A stretch of DNA of 32,000 nt from Promethearchaeum syntrophicum (GCF_008000775.2 NZ_CP042905.2:2790001-2822000), one strand, 5' to 3'. Shown: positions 1 through 8,925, counted from the stretch's first letter. Program-made: numbers and translations. The notes: generated from the sequence alone by a model not told the origin.

Positions 1-34
1 TAAATTAAGAACCAAAAAAATAGAATCATTTCAT

Positions 35-961
35 CTATTTATTTCTTATATTACTCAATCTCTTTTCGAAATCTGTTTTAGATTCAGTTAAAATCATTAT
101 TCCTTCAATAAAACTAAGTATACCTGGAATGAATGTCCAAGATAGGCATAAATAGATAATTCCTAATGTTGTATCACCCATATAAAATTTATGGACACCT
201 AAATCACCAACCACTAATGCTAATAATCCAGATATATTTTGTTGTGGGTCGGAAGATTGAAGTGGATTTGGTGAAGATGTTGTAGGTCTAAAATTTGGAG
301 GACTGGTTGTATTTAGAGAAGAATTATCTTGATGTCGATAATTTTCTGAAGAATTTTGAAATGCATCCTTCCCGACATGTAACTCCCATTTTATTTCATC
401 AAATTGACCGATTATATATCCTTCCCGAATTTTCTTCAGAAGTTTTTTCTTTGCTTTTAATGGCTGAATATTACAGGAAATGGCAAGTTGGTTTATCTGA
501 ATAACTTTTTCGGTTTGGATCAGTTCCATTAATTTTTGTTCAAAAATTGATGTCTGCTTAAATACCCATTGATAATTTTTGATCCAGAAAAGGTATACAA
601 TAAAATTTACGACGATAGGAAGGAAAATTAGCGTTATTGAAGCAAAAAGATCTTGATGACTAAAAGTAATGATTAATCCCAATAAAAAGGTTAATGGGAA
701 CAGAATCTTTAAAATGAAATTGATTTGTTTAATAAAGCCTTCTGATACACCTTTTTTTGCATAAGATTGATTTAAAATAAAGAGGTAAGCAATGAAAATT
801 GTTTGATATAAAAATGGGGAGAGGAAAGGTCCTAATCTTATATTAATTATCCCAAAATATGAAGAAAAAAGAAAAAATGCGGTATTGAGAAAGAAAAAGA
901 CGATAATTGTTTTTTTTGGAACTTTCTCATGAGTAGAAGTTAAAATTTTGTTTGTGTTCAT
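35..961 (-). CDS. Multi-pass membrane protein with C-terminal TM2 domain and central winged-helix/PCI-like segment
   Basis: 308-aa ORF; N-terminal hydrophobic helices; central 'LIQTEKVIQINQLAISCNIQPLKAKKKLLKKIREGYIIGQFD' resembles a winged helix; C-terminal 'GVHKFYMGDTTLGIIYLCLSWTFIPGILSFIEGIMIL' is TM2-like. Confidence 0.8.
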   Translation of the reverse strand: MNTNKILTSTHEKVPKKTIIVFFFLNTAFFLFSSYFGIINIRLGPFLSPFLYQTIFIAYLFILNQSYAKKGVSEGFIKQINFILKILFPLTFLLGLIITFSHQDLFASITLIFLPIVVNFIVYLFWIKNYQWVFKQTSIFEQKLMELIQTEKVIQINQLAISCNIQPLKAKKKLLKKIREGYIIGQFDEIKWELHVGKDAFQNSSENYRHQDNSSLNTTSPPNFRPTTSSPNPLQSSDPQQNISGLLALVVGDLGVHKFYMGDTTLGIIYLCLSWTFIPGILSFIEGIMILTESKTDFEKRLSNIRNK

Positions 962-1238
962 ACTTTTTCACGTTTTAGCTAAATAATTATAAAATAATCT
1001 ACCTTAATGTATTTAATTTTTTTCCTATTTCCTAATTGAAATACAGAAATTTCCAGAAAAGTAATATTAATTAAGCTAATAGCAATTTTTTTTTATTTTC
1101 GTTATTTTTAAAATTAAAAATATGGAAGTTTTAAATTAATAAAATAATAATTTTTTGAAAAAGAATTTTCTTAAGAAGAACTGCTATTTTTATAAACGAA
1201 ATATATTTTTATACTTGTGTTTACTAGTATATTATGAT

Positions 1239-1529
1239 ATGTCAATTGTGAAAATTACGAACAAACAATATTTAGATGAATTAATTGCCAAAATCACGTT
1301 AAGATTAGGGAGGAAACCAACCCAGCAGGAAATTTTAGATCACTGTGTAAGATTGGGGCAAGATCATTTTGATGAGCTAATTCAGAGAATAAATCCAAGT
1401 CCTATTTTTGATGATAAAAAGCTCCAAGACATAATCGATATGCGGGAAAAACTTTCAAAGATCAAATGGTATCCTGCTGAACGAGATAATTTTATTAATG
1501 AAGAGGATGCGGATATTTACACCGCTTAA
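1239..1529 (+). CDS. Small hypothetical protein, candidate VapB-like antitoxin partner of downstream PIN protein
   Basis: ORF track opens at 1155, but MSIVKITNKQYLDELIAKITLRLG starts at ATG 1239; short ORF directly upstream of PIN gene, 65-nt gap. Confidence 0.55.
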   Translation: MSIVKITNKQYLDELIAKITLRLGRKPTQQEILDHCVRLGQDHFDELIQRINPSPIFDDKKLQDIIDMREKLSKIKWYPAERDNFINEEDADIYTA

Positions 1530-1594
1530 AAAAACAATCAAACGCATATAATTATTTAGATTTAAAATTGATTTAACAAGGATAGATAAAAAAA

Positions 1595-2020
1595 ATGGCA
1601 ATCTTCTTAGATACGGGATTTTTTTTAGGATTGGTATATCCCAGTGATCCTTATTACAAAAGAAGTGAGGAATTATTAAAAATCCTAAAAACGGGTAAGC
1701 ATGGGCAAATTTTTACTTCAACCTTTATAATAGCAGAGACATTAACTTTGGTGGCTGTTCGATCAAGGAATAATTCAGTGGTGTTGAAAGAAATTGATAA
1801 ATTTTTCAAAGGGGATAAACAGATAGCGATTATTTTGAGACCAGATGAGCAAATTGAAGACGAATCTATCAAATTATTTTTAAAGGTAAATAAAAATTCA
1901 AAAAATAAGACAGTCTCCTTTGTTGATTGTTCGAATATAATTTTCTGTAGAAGGCGTGGAATAGACTCTATTTTGGCATATGATAAGCATTTTGATGCTT
2001 GGTTGACAAGATTGTTTTAA
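1595..2020 (+). CDS. PIN-domain protein (VapC-like ribonuclease toxin)
   Basis: 'MAIFLDTGFFLGLVYPSDPYYKRSEELL', 'FIIAETLTLV', 'FVDCSNIIFCRRRGIDSILAYDKHFD' supply the spaced acidic residues of PIN domains. Confidence 0.85.
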   Translation: MAIFLDTGFFLGLVYPSDPYYKRSEELLKILKTGKHGQIFTSTFIIAETLTLVAVRSRNNSVVLKEIDKFFKGDKQIAIILRPDEQIEDESIKLFLKVNKNSKNKTVSFVDCSNIIFCRRRGIDSILAYDKHFDAWLTRLF

Positions 2021-2173
2021 TAAAAATTGATTTCATATTTTTACTTATATTAGCGAAAGAAGGAACGTTTCTAAAAATCTATTAGATGATTTCTTTTGTT
2101 AGCGAAAATTTTTAGCACGAATTAGTTTTATTTCAATTACTAACCGATATCAAAAGTGAAAGGAATCAAAAAT

Positions 2174-2926
2174 ATGAGTGAACTAACTTCAGTAAAAACC
2201 GCAATCCGGCGCATTTCATCAATTTTTGAAGAGATAAATGGCAGTACTAACGATCAAATCCCGAAATTAGCGAAATTCAGTCCCAATTTATTATCTTCAG
2301 TGGAAAAATTTGAAAACGAAAAGAATGCGAATGCAAAGATGATTCAAACTAAAAATGATGAGATTGAATCATTGAAAAATAAGGTGTCTCAAAATAATCG
2401 GGAAATACTCAATTTAGAAGAAGAAAATAAGAACCTCACGGAGAACCGACAGGATCTAGAAAAAAAAATCGAAGGAATAACGAACAATATTAGAGATCTT
2501 GAAAATCAAAATGAGACAAAAAAAGGTGAACTTGCAAATCGTGAACAACGTTTACAAGAATTAGAAGCGAATGTGCAACAAATGACCACAGATCAAGAAA
2601 ATTTTGAACAAGAATTTAAAAAGCTTGAATCGAGTCTGATGGAAGAATATGATAAGAAGTTAAAATATGCAAATTCGTTTGAAAATCGGATGAAAGCGAT
2701 GAAATTACTCATTGGAAAAAAATACATCAAATCTCCTCAGGTTCACTTAATCGGGGCACTCCAGGTCGGAACGGAATTGGATTTAAAGAATATTATTCAA
2801 GCCTATGATATCAAAATGGAAGTTGCATCAAAAATCTTGCGAAAAATCGTTGAACTCGGCGGGCCGGTCGAATATAATGAAGCGGCAGGAAAAGTCTCAT
2901 TAAACGCGGAGGTTGACTTTAAATAA
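2174..2926 (+). CDS. Coiled-coil protein with C-terminal winged-helix-like domain
   Basis: Long heptad-like Glu/Lys/Leu/Asn-rich region, then globular 'HLIGALQVGTELDLKNIIQAYDIKMEVASKILRKIVELGGPVEYNEAAGKVSL'; ORF track begins at GTG 2156, ATG at 2174 more likely. Confidence 0.75.
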   Translation: MSELTSVKTAIRRISSIFEEINGSTNDQIPKLAKFSPNLLSSVEKFENEKNANAKMIQTKNDEIESLKNKVSQNNREILNLEEENKNLTENRQDLEKKIEGITNNIRDLENQNETKKGELANREQRLQELEANVQQMTTDQENFEQEFKKLESSLMEEYDKKLKYANSFENRMKAMKLLIGKKYIKSPQVHLIGALQVGTELDLKNIIQAYDIKMEVASKILRKIVELGGPVEYNEAAGKVSLNAEVDFK

Positions 2927-3654
2927 TGTCCGCTGAAGAAATTTTAGCTCAAATCGAGCAATTTGAAACCGCATTTGATACCTACAATCAAAAAATGCTC
3001 TCGGGAATGAAAGAATTTTCAGAAAAGCTGAGTTCAATCTGGAAAAACATCAAAATTCTGAAAGATGAAAATGCTACTTTAGTTGAGACGATTAAAGACC
3101 AAGATGCACATTTAGAGACCCTTCGAACCGAATCGGAAAGTTTGGATAAAAAAATTCAAGAATTAAAGACAACTAAAGAAGGTTTAACTTCAAAATGCAC
3201 AGAGTATACCACGGAACTCGAACGCCTAACGAGTAAACAAAAAGAACCTGAATTTCAACTTACAAATTTAACATCAAAGCTTTCGGAAGTGAATGACAGA
3301 ATTAAAAGCCGAGAATCTGAAAAAACTCAATTAGATCAGAAAAAGGTAGAAAATTCACAATTAGAAGAGCAAAAGAAAAAAGAATTCGAACAAAAACAAG
3401 TCGAACTCGAAAAAAAAATAGGAATATTAAAGCAACAGAACTTCTTCACCTCTTTTGTCATTGAGAATTCAGACCAAGATATATTTGAAGTGGATATTAT
3501 CGCTACAATTCTTGAGAAAGGTAAGTGTAATATGAATGAAATGAAAAAACAATTGGATTTAACCCCAATTATGGCAGTTAGAACGATTAAACAACTTGCG
3601 GTGCAAGGAATAATCGAATTAAATGAAGATACGAACGAAATTGCTTTACCTTAG
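2926..3654 (+). CDS. Coiled-coil protein with C-terminal winged-helix-like domain, coupled to upstream gene
   Basis: Start overlaps upstream stop (TAATG at 2924-2928); coiled coil followed by 'VDIIATILEKGKCNMNEMKKQLDLTPIMAVRTIKQLAVQGIIELNEDTNEIAL'. Confidence 0.75.
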   Translation: MSAEEILAQIEQFETAFDTYNQKMLSGMKEFSEKLSSIWKNIKILKDENATLVETIKDQDAHLETLRTESESLDKKIQELKTTKEGLTSKCTEYTTELERLTSKQKEPEFQLTNLTSKLSEVNDRIKSRESEKTQLDQKKVENSQLEEQKKKEFEQKQVELEKKIGILKQQNFFTSFVIENSDQDIFEVDIIATILEKGKCNMNEMKKQLDLTPIMAVRTIKQLAVQGIIELNEDTNEIALP

Positions 3655-3688
3655 CTAATTTTTGTCCTTTTTTTCAATTTATTTCTTT

Positions 3689-4624
3689 TCAATCTCTTTT
3701 CTTACCACAAACCGCACAGAATTTCGAACCAGCATCAATTATTGGAGAACCGCAATAAGGGCAAATATTGTTGATTCCAGGAGAATTTATTGTTGTAGAT
3801 GGCATATTTGATCGAGGGGGATATTGTACCTTTTCAGGATGGGGTCGTTGAACGGGACCACGGTTTCTCATATCCATGCTATATTGAGATTGGGGAGCTG
3901 CACTTCTATTAAATGTGGCCATTATGGCATTGGCCGTTTTCAACATACCGATGATCAATAATATATCTCCAATGTCAGTAAGAATTATTCCGGCAGAATC
4001 GAGAGAATCTAGAGATGTAGAGGCAAATAAGCGTACAATTTCACCGAATTTTACAATTAACCCAAAACCCATAAATCGGATCCAGAATATCATTTGACTC
4101 TTTTTATTTTCATCAATTCTGTCATGGGGCAAGGAATTTACCCATTTTCCCAGGTAGATGGTAGAGGCAATTAATAATGAAAATATTATTAGATCAACAT
4201 ATATTGCTTCAGGAATTGTTAAGAATGCACTAATGATATATCCAGCGAAAACTGCAATTTCAATATAGAAGATCGTACGAAGAGCCACCCCCAAGGAAGA
4301 ATTTGATGCCTTATTCAATTTTAGGACATAAATTATATATCGTACAATTATAAAAATTCCTCCCCCAGCCCCTCCGACAAGTACAAACAAGAATAATAGC
4401 ATGATTGATCCTGCGTTTTCCATCATTTCTGATTCAGTTAGCTCCAGTAATCCAAAAATAGACGATTGTAAAACAAACACAAGAATAAATGAAAAAACTG
4501 TCCAAATCAATTTGCCAATAGCATAAAATTTCATGGCTCTTCCGTAAATTGAGAGATCATAAATCGATCTATTATCCATTTGTTCTTCATTGTATATATT
4601 ACCTATATTATTAATATTTGACAT
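3689..4624 (-). CDS. Multi-pass membrane protein with C-terminal zinc ribbon
   Basis: Several hydrophobic segments; C-terminal 'NICPYCGSPIIDAGSKFCAVCGKKRD' has two CxxC knuckles. Confidence 0.75.
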   Translation of the reverse strand: MSNINNIGNIYNEEQMDNRSIYDLSIYGRAMKFYAIGKLIWTVFSFILVFVLQSSIFGLLELTESEMMENAGSIMLLFLFVLVGGAGGGIFIIVRYIIYVLKLNKASNSSLGVALRTIFYIEIAVFAGYIISAFLTIPEAIYVDLIIFSLLIASTIYLGKWVNSLPHDRIDENKKSQMIFWIRFMGFGLIVKFGEIVRLFASTSLDSLDSAGIILTDIGDILLIIGMLKTANAIMATFNRSAAPQSQYSMDMRNRGPVQRPHPEKVQYPPRSNMPSTTINSPGINNICPYCGSPIIDAGSKFCAVCGKKRD

Positions 4625-4768
4625 TTTTTTTTTCGTTTCCTACAAGTTTAATATTAGTCTTAGTTAATGTAATTTCTTAAAAATCAACGGGATAAAAATC
4701 TTTTCATTCAACTGGAATTTATAAGATAGATATCTTTATCGATGTATGCAATTTTTTTTTTTTTATTT

Positions 4769-5689
4769 CTACATATCCCGCAAAATAATCGCTTTCAAAT
4801 TACGGCTTATAGTAGGAAGAGAATAATCGACATTTTTTGGTTTAAACATCTTAAGTTTTCGACACACTTCATCAAGATGTTCTTTTGGAATATTACCATC
4901 AAGAATCATTTGGGTTTCAATTTCATTCATTCCCTCCAACATGGTAATATTTTTTATAGCTTTATGATTTCCGGGACAAGTTAATTGACATTTTAAACAT
5001 CCCATTAGAGTATGATGAGCAGTTTTAGGAATCCAAGGAGGAAAAATTCCTTGAATTTCATTATATAAAGGTAGGCATTTTGAAATATCAATAACAAATT
5101 CAGTTTCCCGGATTGCCCCTGTTGGGCAATTATCTAAACAAATTTTACAGGTTTCACAATATTTCATGGTTTGAATTTCATCCCATGAATCGGAAAAACC
5201 TTCATAATCAGTAAAAAAAGCATAGAGATTAAGGAAACATCCCATATCCCCAACATAACAAATATTATTTCGCCCATATTTACCCAAACCGCTACGAACT
5301 GCCAGTAATTTTTCATGAAGTCTCCAATGATATTCCAATTTATGTTGAGAAGGGAGATTTATTCTTTTACGAAGTGATTCTTGAACAATTTCTGCATTAT
5401 AACCACTTTCGTAATAAGGGGCTCCAATATAAACATTATATGATTTATTTTTATATCGGAATTGGATTTGTGCAATTGGCTTGGACACAGCAACAATAAT
5501 TACAAATTTTGCTTCCGGAAAATCCTTTGGGATCTGGTATTGAAAACCATCAATATAACTTTGAAACACTTTATTATGATGAATTTTATTTGCAGCGCGT
5601 AATTGATCAACATCAGCTTGTAATTCGGAAAGATGCTTACAAGAGACGGCACGATATTCCATTTGAAACCCTACGGGAATTTCTTTCAT
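4769..5689 (-). CDS. QueG-like (epoxyqueuosine reductase-like) double [4Fe-4S] cluster protein
   Basis: 'LLAVRSGLGKYGRNNICYVGDMGCFLNL', 'CETCKICLDNCPTGAI', 'CLPLYNEIQG', 'MGCLKCQLTCPGN' follow the QueG-type arrangement; probable start ATG at 5689 (MKEIPVGF), not 5800. Confidence 0.7.
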   Translation of the reverse strand: MKEIPVGFQMEYRAVSCKHLSELQADVDQLRAANKIHHNKVFQSYIDGFQYQIPKDFPEAKFVIIVAVSKPIAQIQFRYKNKSYNVYIGAPYYESGYNAEIVQESLRKRINLPSQHKLEYHWRLHEKLLAVRSGLGKYGRNNICYVGDMGCFLNLYAFFTDYEGFSDSWDEIQTMKYCETCKICLDNCPTGAIRETEFVIDISKCLPLYNEIQGIFPPWIPKTAHHTLMGCLKCQLTCPGNHKAIKNITMLEGMNEIETQMILDGNIPKEHLDEVCRKLKMFKPKNVDYSLPTISRNLKAIILRDM

Positions 5690-5774
5690 TAATATATTGT
5701 ATTGAAAATGATGTAAAAAAATATTATTGTGTAAAGGTAGGTTTTTTCTATAACTATGGATTATTTTATGAAAT

Positions 5775-6731
5775 ATGAAGATGAATTTTAGTGATCTCAC
5801 ACTTTCGCAATTAACCCTAGAAAAAATTCGGACAGCATTTTTGAAAATCGCACGACCATTAGAAATCGCACGATATAGCTATCACTTCGAAAAAGGGTCT
5901 GTAAAAGGAGTTTTGAAAGAACTCAGTGCGTTTCAAAACCATGATGGGGGTTTCGGGCATGGGTTAGAACCCGATTTTCATCTACCTGATTCTACTCCAA
6001 TGGCAACTTCGGTAGGACTACGAATTTTGAACTCTCTGACTTCATCAAAAGCGCGGGATGAGATGATAGCAAAAGCGCTTCAGTATTTACGAACGGCATT
6101 TTATTTAGATCGGGTTGGGTGGTATTCAGTAACTCCAGAAGTGAACGAGTTCCCCCATGCCCCATGGTGGACTTATAATTTTACTACGAATATGACCCCA
6201 ATTGATAACAGCTGGGGAAATCCTACAGCGGAACTTCTAGGTTATGCGTATTCTTATCAAAGATTTATGCCCAATTGGCCGATTGAGACATATATTGAAA
6301 ATGCTCTTCAAAATTTTGAACGGAAAACAGATTTTTCCAGTGAACATGAGCTGTATTGTTTTCTTCATTTATATCACCATCTCTCTTCGGATTTACGTGT
6401 TCGGTTAGAAAAGAATTTACAGAGAGGCATAGATGCACTTGTGGTAACCGATAAAAAGAAATGGCCATCTTACGTGCCCCAACCACTGGACTTTCTTATT
6501 TTTCCTGATGATAATTTGTGGAAGATATCTGAAGACTATATCAGGATAAATTTACAGTACTACATCAGCTTACTTGAAAAAAATTGCGTAATTTATCCAA
6601 ATTGGGAATGGTCCACGTATCCTTCTCACTGGGATCTGGCTAAAAAGGAATGGACGGGAGTTTTGACCTTGAAATATCTAAAAAGACTTCAACAATTTGG
6701 TGTTGATGTTGAAATTAGATTTAGTTTTTAG
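5775..6731 (+). CDS. Alpha-toroid protein of prenyltransferase/squalene-cyclase-like fold, function unknown
   Basis: 318-aa ORF with 'LKELSAFQNHDGGFGHGLEPDFHLPDSTPMATSVGLRIL' (QNxDGGF-type repeat). Confidence 0.65.
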   Translation: MKMNFSDLTLSQLTLEKIRTAFLKIARPLEIARYSYHFEKGSVKGVLKELSAFQNHDGGFGHGLEPDFHLPDSTPMATSVGLRILNSLTSSKARDEMIAKALQYLRTAFYLDRVGWYSVTPEVNEFPHAPWWTYNFTTNMTPIDNSWGNPTAELLGYAYSYQRFMPNWPIETYIENALQNFERKTDFSSEHELYCFLHLYHHLSSDLRVRLEKNLQRGIDALVVTDKKKWPSYVPQPLDFLIFPDDNLWKISEDYIRINLQYYISLLEKNCVIYPNWEWSTYPSHWDLAKKEWTGVLTLKYLKRLQQFGVDVEIRFSF

Positions 6732-6743
6732 CTTATAAATGCA

Positions 6744-6992
6744 TTAAAGAACTTTTAGCAGAAATCGAGTTTGTCCAGGATTTGGAGTTTTAATGCTCTG
6801 GAGTCTATGACCTTCTCTGGCAGCCACTTGTAGAAAGCGTTTTGATCGAAAATAATTTCGTAAAACAGAACCACGCGTATACCCATGTACAAGTGTCAAA
6901 TATTGATCTTCGGTAACCGTACATTCTTCTAGTGCATGAAATACTTCAATAATGGCATCTGTAAGTTCATATCCGTGTAAATCACATTCCAA
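6744..6992 (-). CDS. Stand-alone Smr-domain protein
   Basis: 'CDLHGYELTDAIIEVFHALEEC...LTLVHGYTRGSVLRNYFRS' matches Smr DLHG...HG.G..LR pattern; apparent TTG start preceded by GGGGGA. Confidence 0.75.
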   Translation of the reverse strand: MECDLHGYELTDAIIEVFHALEECTVTEDQYLTLVHGYTRGSVLRNYFRSKRFLQVAAREGHRLQSIKTPNPGQTRFLLKVL

Positions 6993-7239
6993 TATTAATT
7001 GTCCCCCTTAAGAAGTAAATATCTATTATGTTTTTTTTTTCAGTAATTAATATTTTAATTACCCGATTTCCTAAAAGAACTCGTATTTTATAAAAATTCT
7101 ACTTTATTACAGCGTCTTTTGATTTTGCAGTATTTTTGTGATATTATTAGGTAGTTAAAATTAAAATGAAACCCATTTGCATTGTACTTCTCATTCAATT
7201 TCATAGATTTTTAAAAGCTTAAATTATATACATTATAGC

Positions 7240-7659
7240 ATGGAATCTAATAATTTTGGTAGTACTTATACGATGGATGATATTAAAAAAAGAGTGAGAA
7301 ATGCATTAATTATCTCAATTGCATTAATTGTATTAGGAGTTGTTGTTTCGATTGTTCTTGCCGTTGCTTTTGTAGGGGAAGATGGCTATATTAGAGATGA
7401 CGCACCAGGGGAATGGCTATTTGTTGCCTTAATTCCAGTAATTCTCGGTTTTATAATGCTATTTGTACCTTTAATCTCTGTAAAGAAAATAGCCGAATCT
7501 AATAGACATTTTGGAACTCAACCTGGATCATCTGCTGAACAATTAGGACAAATGTATGATGAGATTATAATTCCACTTGAAAAAACAAAACTTATCACAG
7601 TTATCGTAGCATTAGTTTTTTGTGGAGTTCTTTTAGTATTGAGCATAATAGGAGTTTAA
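7240..7659 (+). CDS. Small two-TM membrane protein, tandem paralog copy 1
   Basis: MESNNFGSTYTMDDIKKRVRNA... highly similar to copy 2 at 7903; two hydrophobic segments near N-terminus plus a C-terminal one. Confidence 0.8.
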   Translation: MESNNFGSTYTMDDIKKRVRNALIISIALIVLGVVVSIVLAVAFVGEDGYIRDDAPGEWLFVALIPVILGFIMLFVPLISVKKIAESNRHFGTQPGSSAEQLGQMYDEIIIPLEKTKLITVIVALVFCGVLLVLSIIGV

Positions 7660-7902
7660 GTTTGGTCAGAATTTTTTGATGTGATTTTTTAAGATAGAAG
7701 AAACTCTGATCTTCATTTTTTTTTCTTTAATCTGAGGTAAAAAAAAAAATTTTTTTACAGAAAATAAAATTCAAAGATTTTAACTTTTAACTTGTTATCT
7801 AAAATTGAATCTATAGCAAAGATAGTATCAAAAAATCAAGTTTGCATATTCTATTCTGGCTTGATACATATTTTTATAGAATAAAATTATATACATTGTA
7901 GC

Positions 7903-8355
7903 ATGGAATCTAATAATTTTGGTAGTACTTATACAATGGATGATATTAAGAAAAGAGTTAAGAATTCCTTTATTATCGCATTTGTATTAATTTTTGGAGG
8001 TTTTATTTTTGCGATTGTTCTTGCATTTAGTTTTGCCGGAGAGGACGGGTACATTAGAGATGATGCACCAGGGGGATGGATTTTTATTGCATTGATTCCA
8101 ATAATTCTTGGGTTGCTAATGTTATTTGTACCCATAATTTCTACAATAAAATTAACCAAATCTAATCGAACTTTTATCAATCCAGAGGATTTATCTCCTG
8201 AAGAGGCGATGAAAGATTTTCAACAGATGTTAATTCCCCTTAAAAAAGTAAAAATTTTTATAATTATCATAGTGATGTTATTTTTTGGAGCTCTTTTCAT
8301 ATTAACTCTATTGGGAGAATTATCATGGTCAGAATTTTTTGATGCGATTTTTTAA
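7903..8355 (+). CDS. Small membrane protein, tandem paralog copy 2
   Basis: MESNNFGSTYTMDDIKKRVKNS...; paralog of copy 1 with longer C-terminus (LSWSEFFDAIF). Confidence 0.8.
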   Translation: MESNNFGSTYTMDDIKKRVKNSFIIAFVLIFGGFIFAIVLAFSFAGEDGYIRDDAPGGWIFIALIPIILGLLMLFVPIISTIKLTKSNRTFINPEDLSPEEAMKDFQQMLIPLKKVKIFIIIIVMLFFGALFILTLLGELSWSEFFDAIF

Positions 8356-8396
8356 ATCAAATGAATCTGACTTTTTTTTATCATAATTAAGAGGGG

Positions 8397-8507
8397 ATGA
8401 AGATGAAATTGAATAATGTTACAGAATTAATAGAATTAGGTGAAAACGAGACTATTTTGGGAGTCTTTCAGGATAAGCATTCAAATTTTTTGGCCAACAA
8501 AAAATAA
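8397..8507 (+). other. 36-codon small ORF, possible small protein or gene remnant
   Basis: GAGGGG immediately precedes ATG; translation MKMKLNNVTELIELGENETILGVFQDKHSNFLANKK. Confidence 0.3.
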
Positions 8508-8925
8508 TTTGGGTATATGAGTAGAATTCTTAATTTCAAGAGCTTTAGGAATTGCTTAAATTTATATGGAATAAATAGTATAATGAATATAGTACGTTTG
8601 AAGGTCTAGATGCTCATGATGAAAACAAATCCCGCTTCTTTGTTTGTAAAAGTTTTCGTACAGTCATCTTTAGAAGAAATAACCTGGCCTTGGCATCTGC
8701 TCTAGTTAGCATCAATGAAATTTTTAATTATTTGCTATCTAGAGCGTTCGGTTTTTAATATTAAATTTATTTCAAATTCAAATTTAGTATTTCATGTATC
8801 AGATTCATAATAAATAATTGAATCATGAAATTTATTGCATTCCCATCAGTGGACTTTGAGATTTTAATCACATAATTTTTTTTCCAAATAATACAAAAAA
8901 CAATTACCAAAAAAGAAATAATGAA

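Larger units (their letters stand above)
7176..8358 (+). repeat. Tandem duplication, two units offset by about 663 bp
   Basis: Genes share start region (ATGGAATCTAATAATTTTGGTAGTACTTATAC), upstream 'AAATTATATACATT[A/G]TAGC' and downstream 'TGGTCAGAATTTTTTGATG[T/C]GATTTTTTAA'. Confidence 0.85.

Noticed and set aside
3915-4097. Plus-strand ORF inside the zinc-ribbon membrane gene
   Set aside because: Antisense shadow of a longer, motif-bearing ORF.
5509-5778. Plus-strand ORF opposite the QueG-like gene
   Set aside because: Antisense to conserved coding sequence, no recognisable domain.
7929-8180. Minus-strand ORF inside duplicate copy 2
   Set aside because: Antisense shadow; copy 2 coding supported by paralogy with copy 1.
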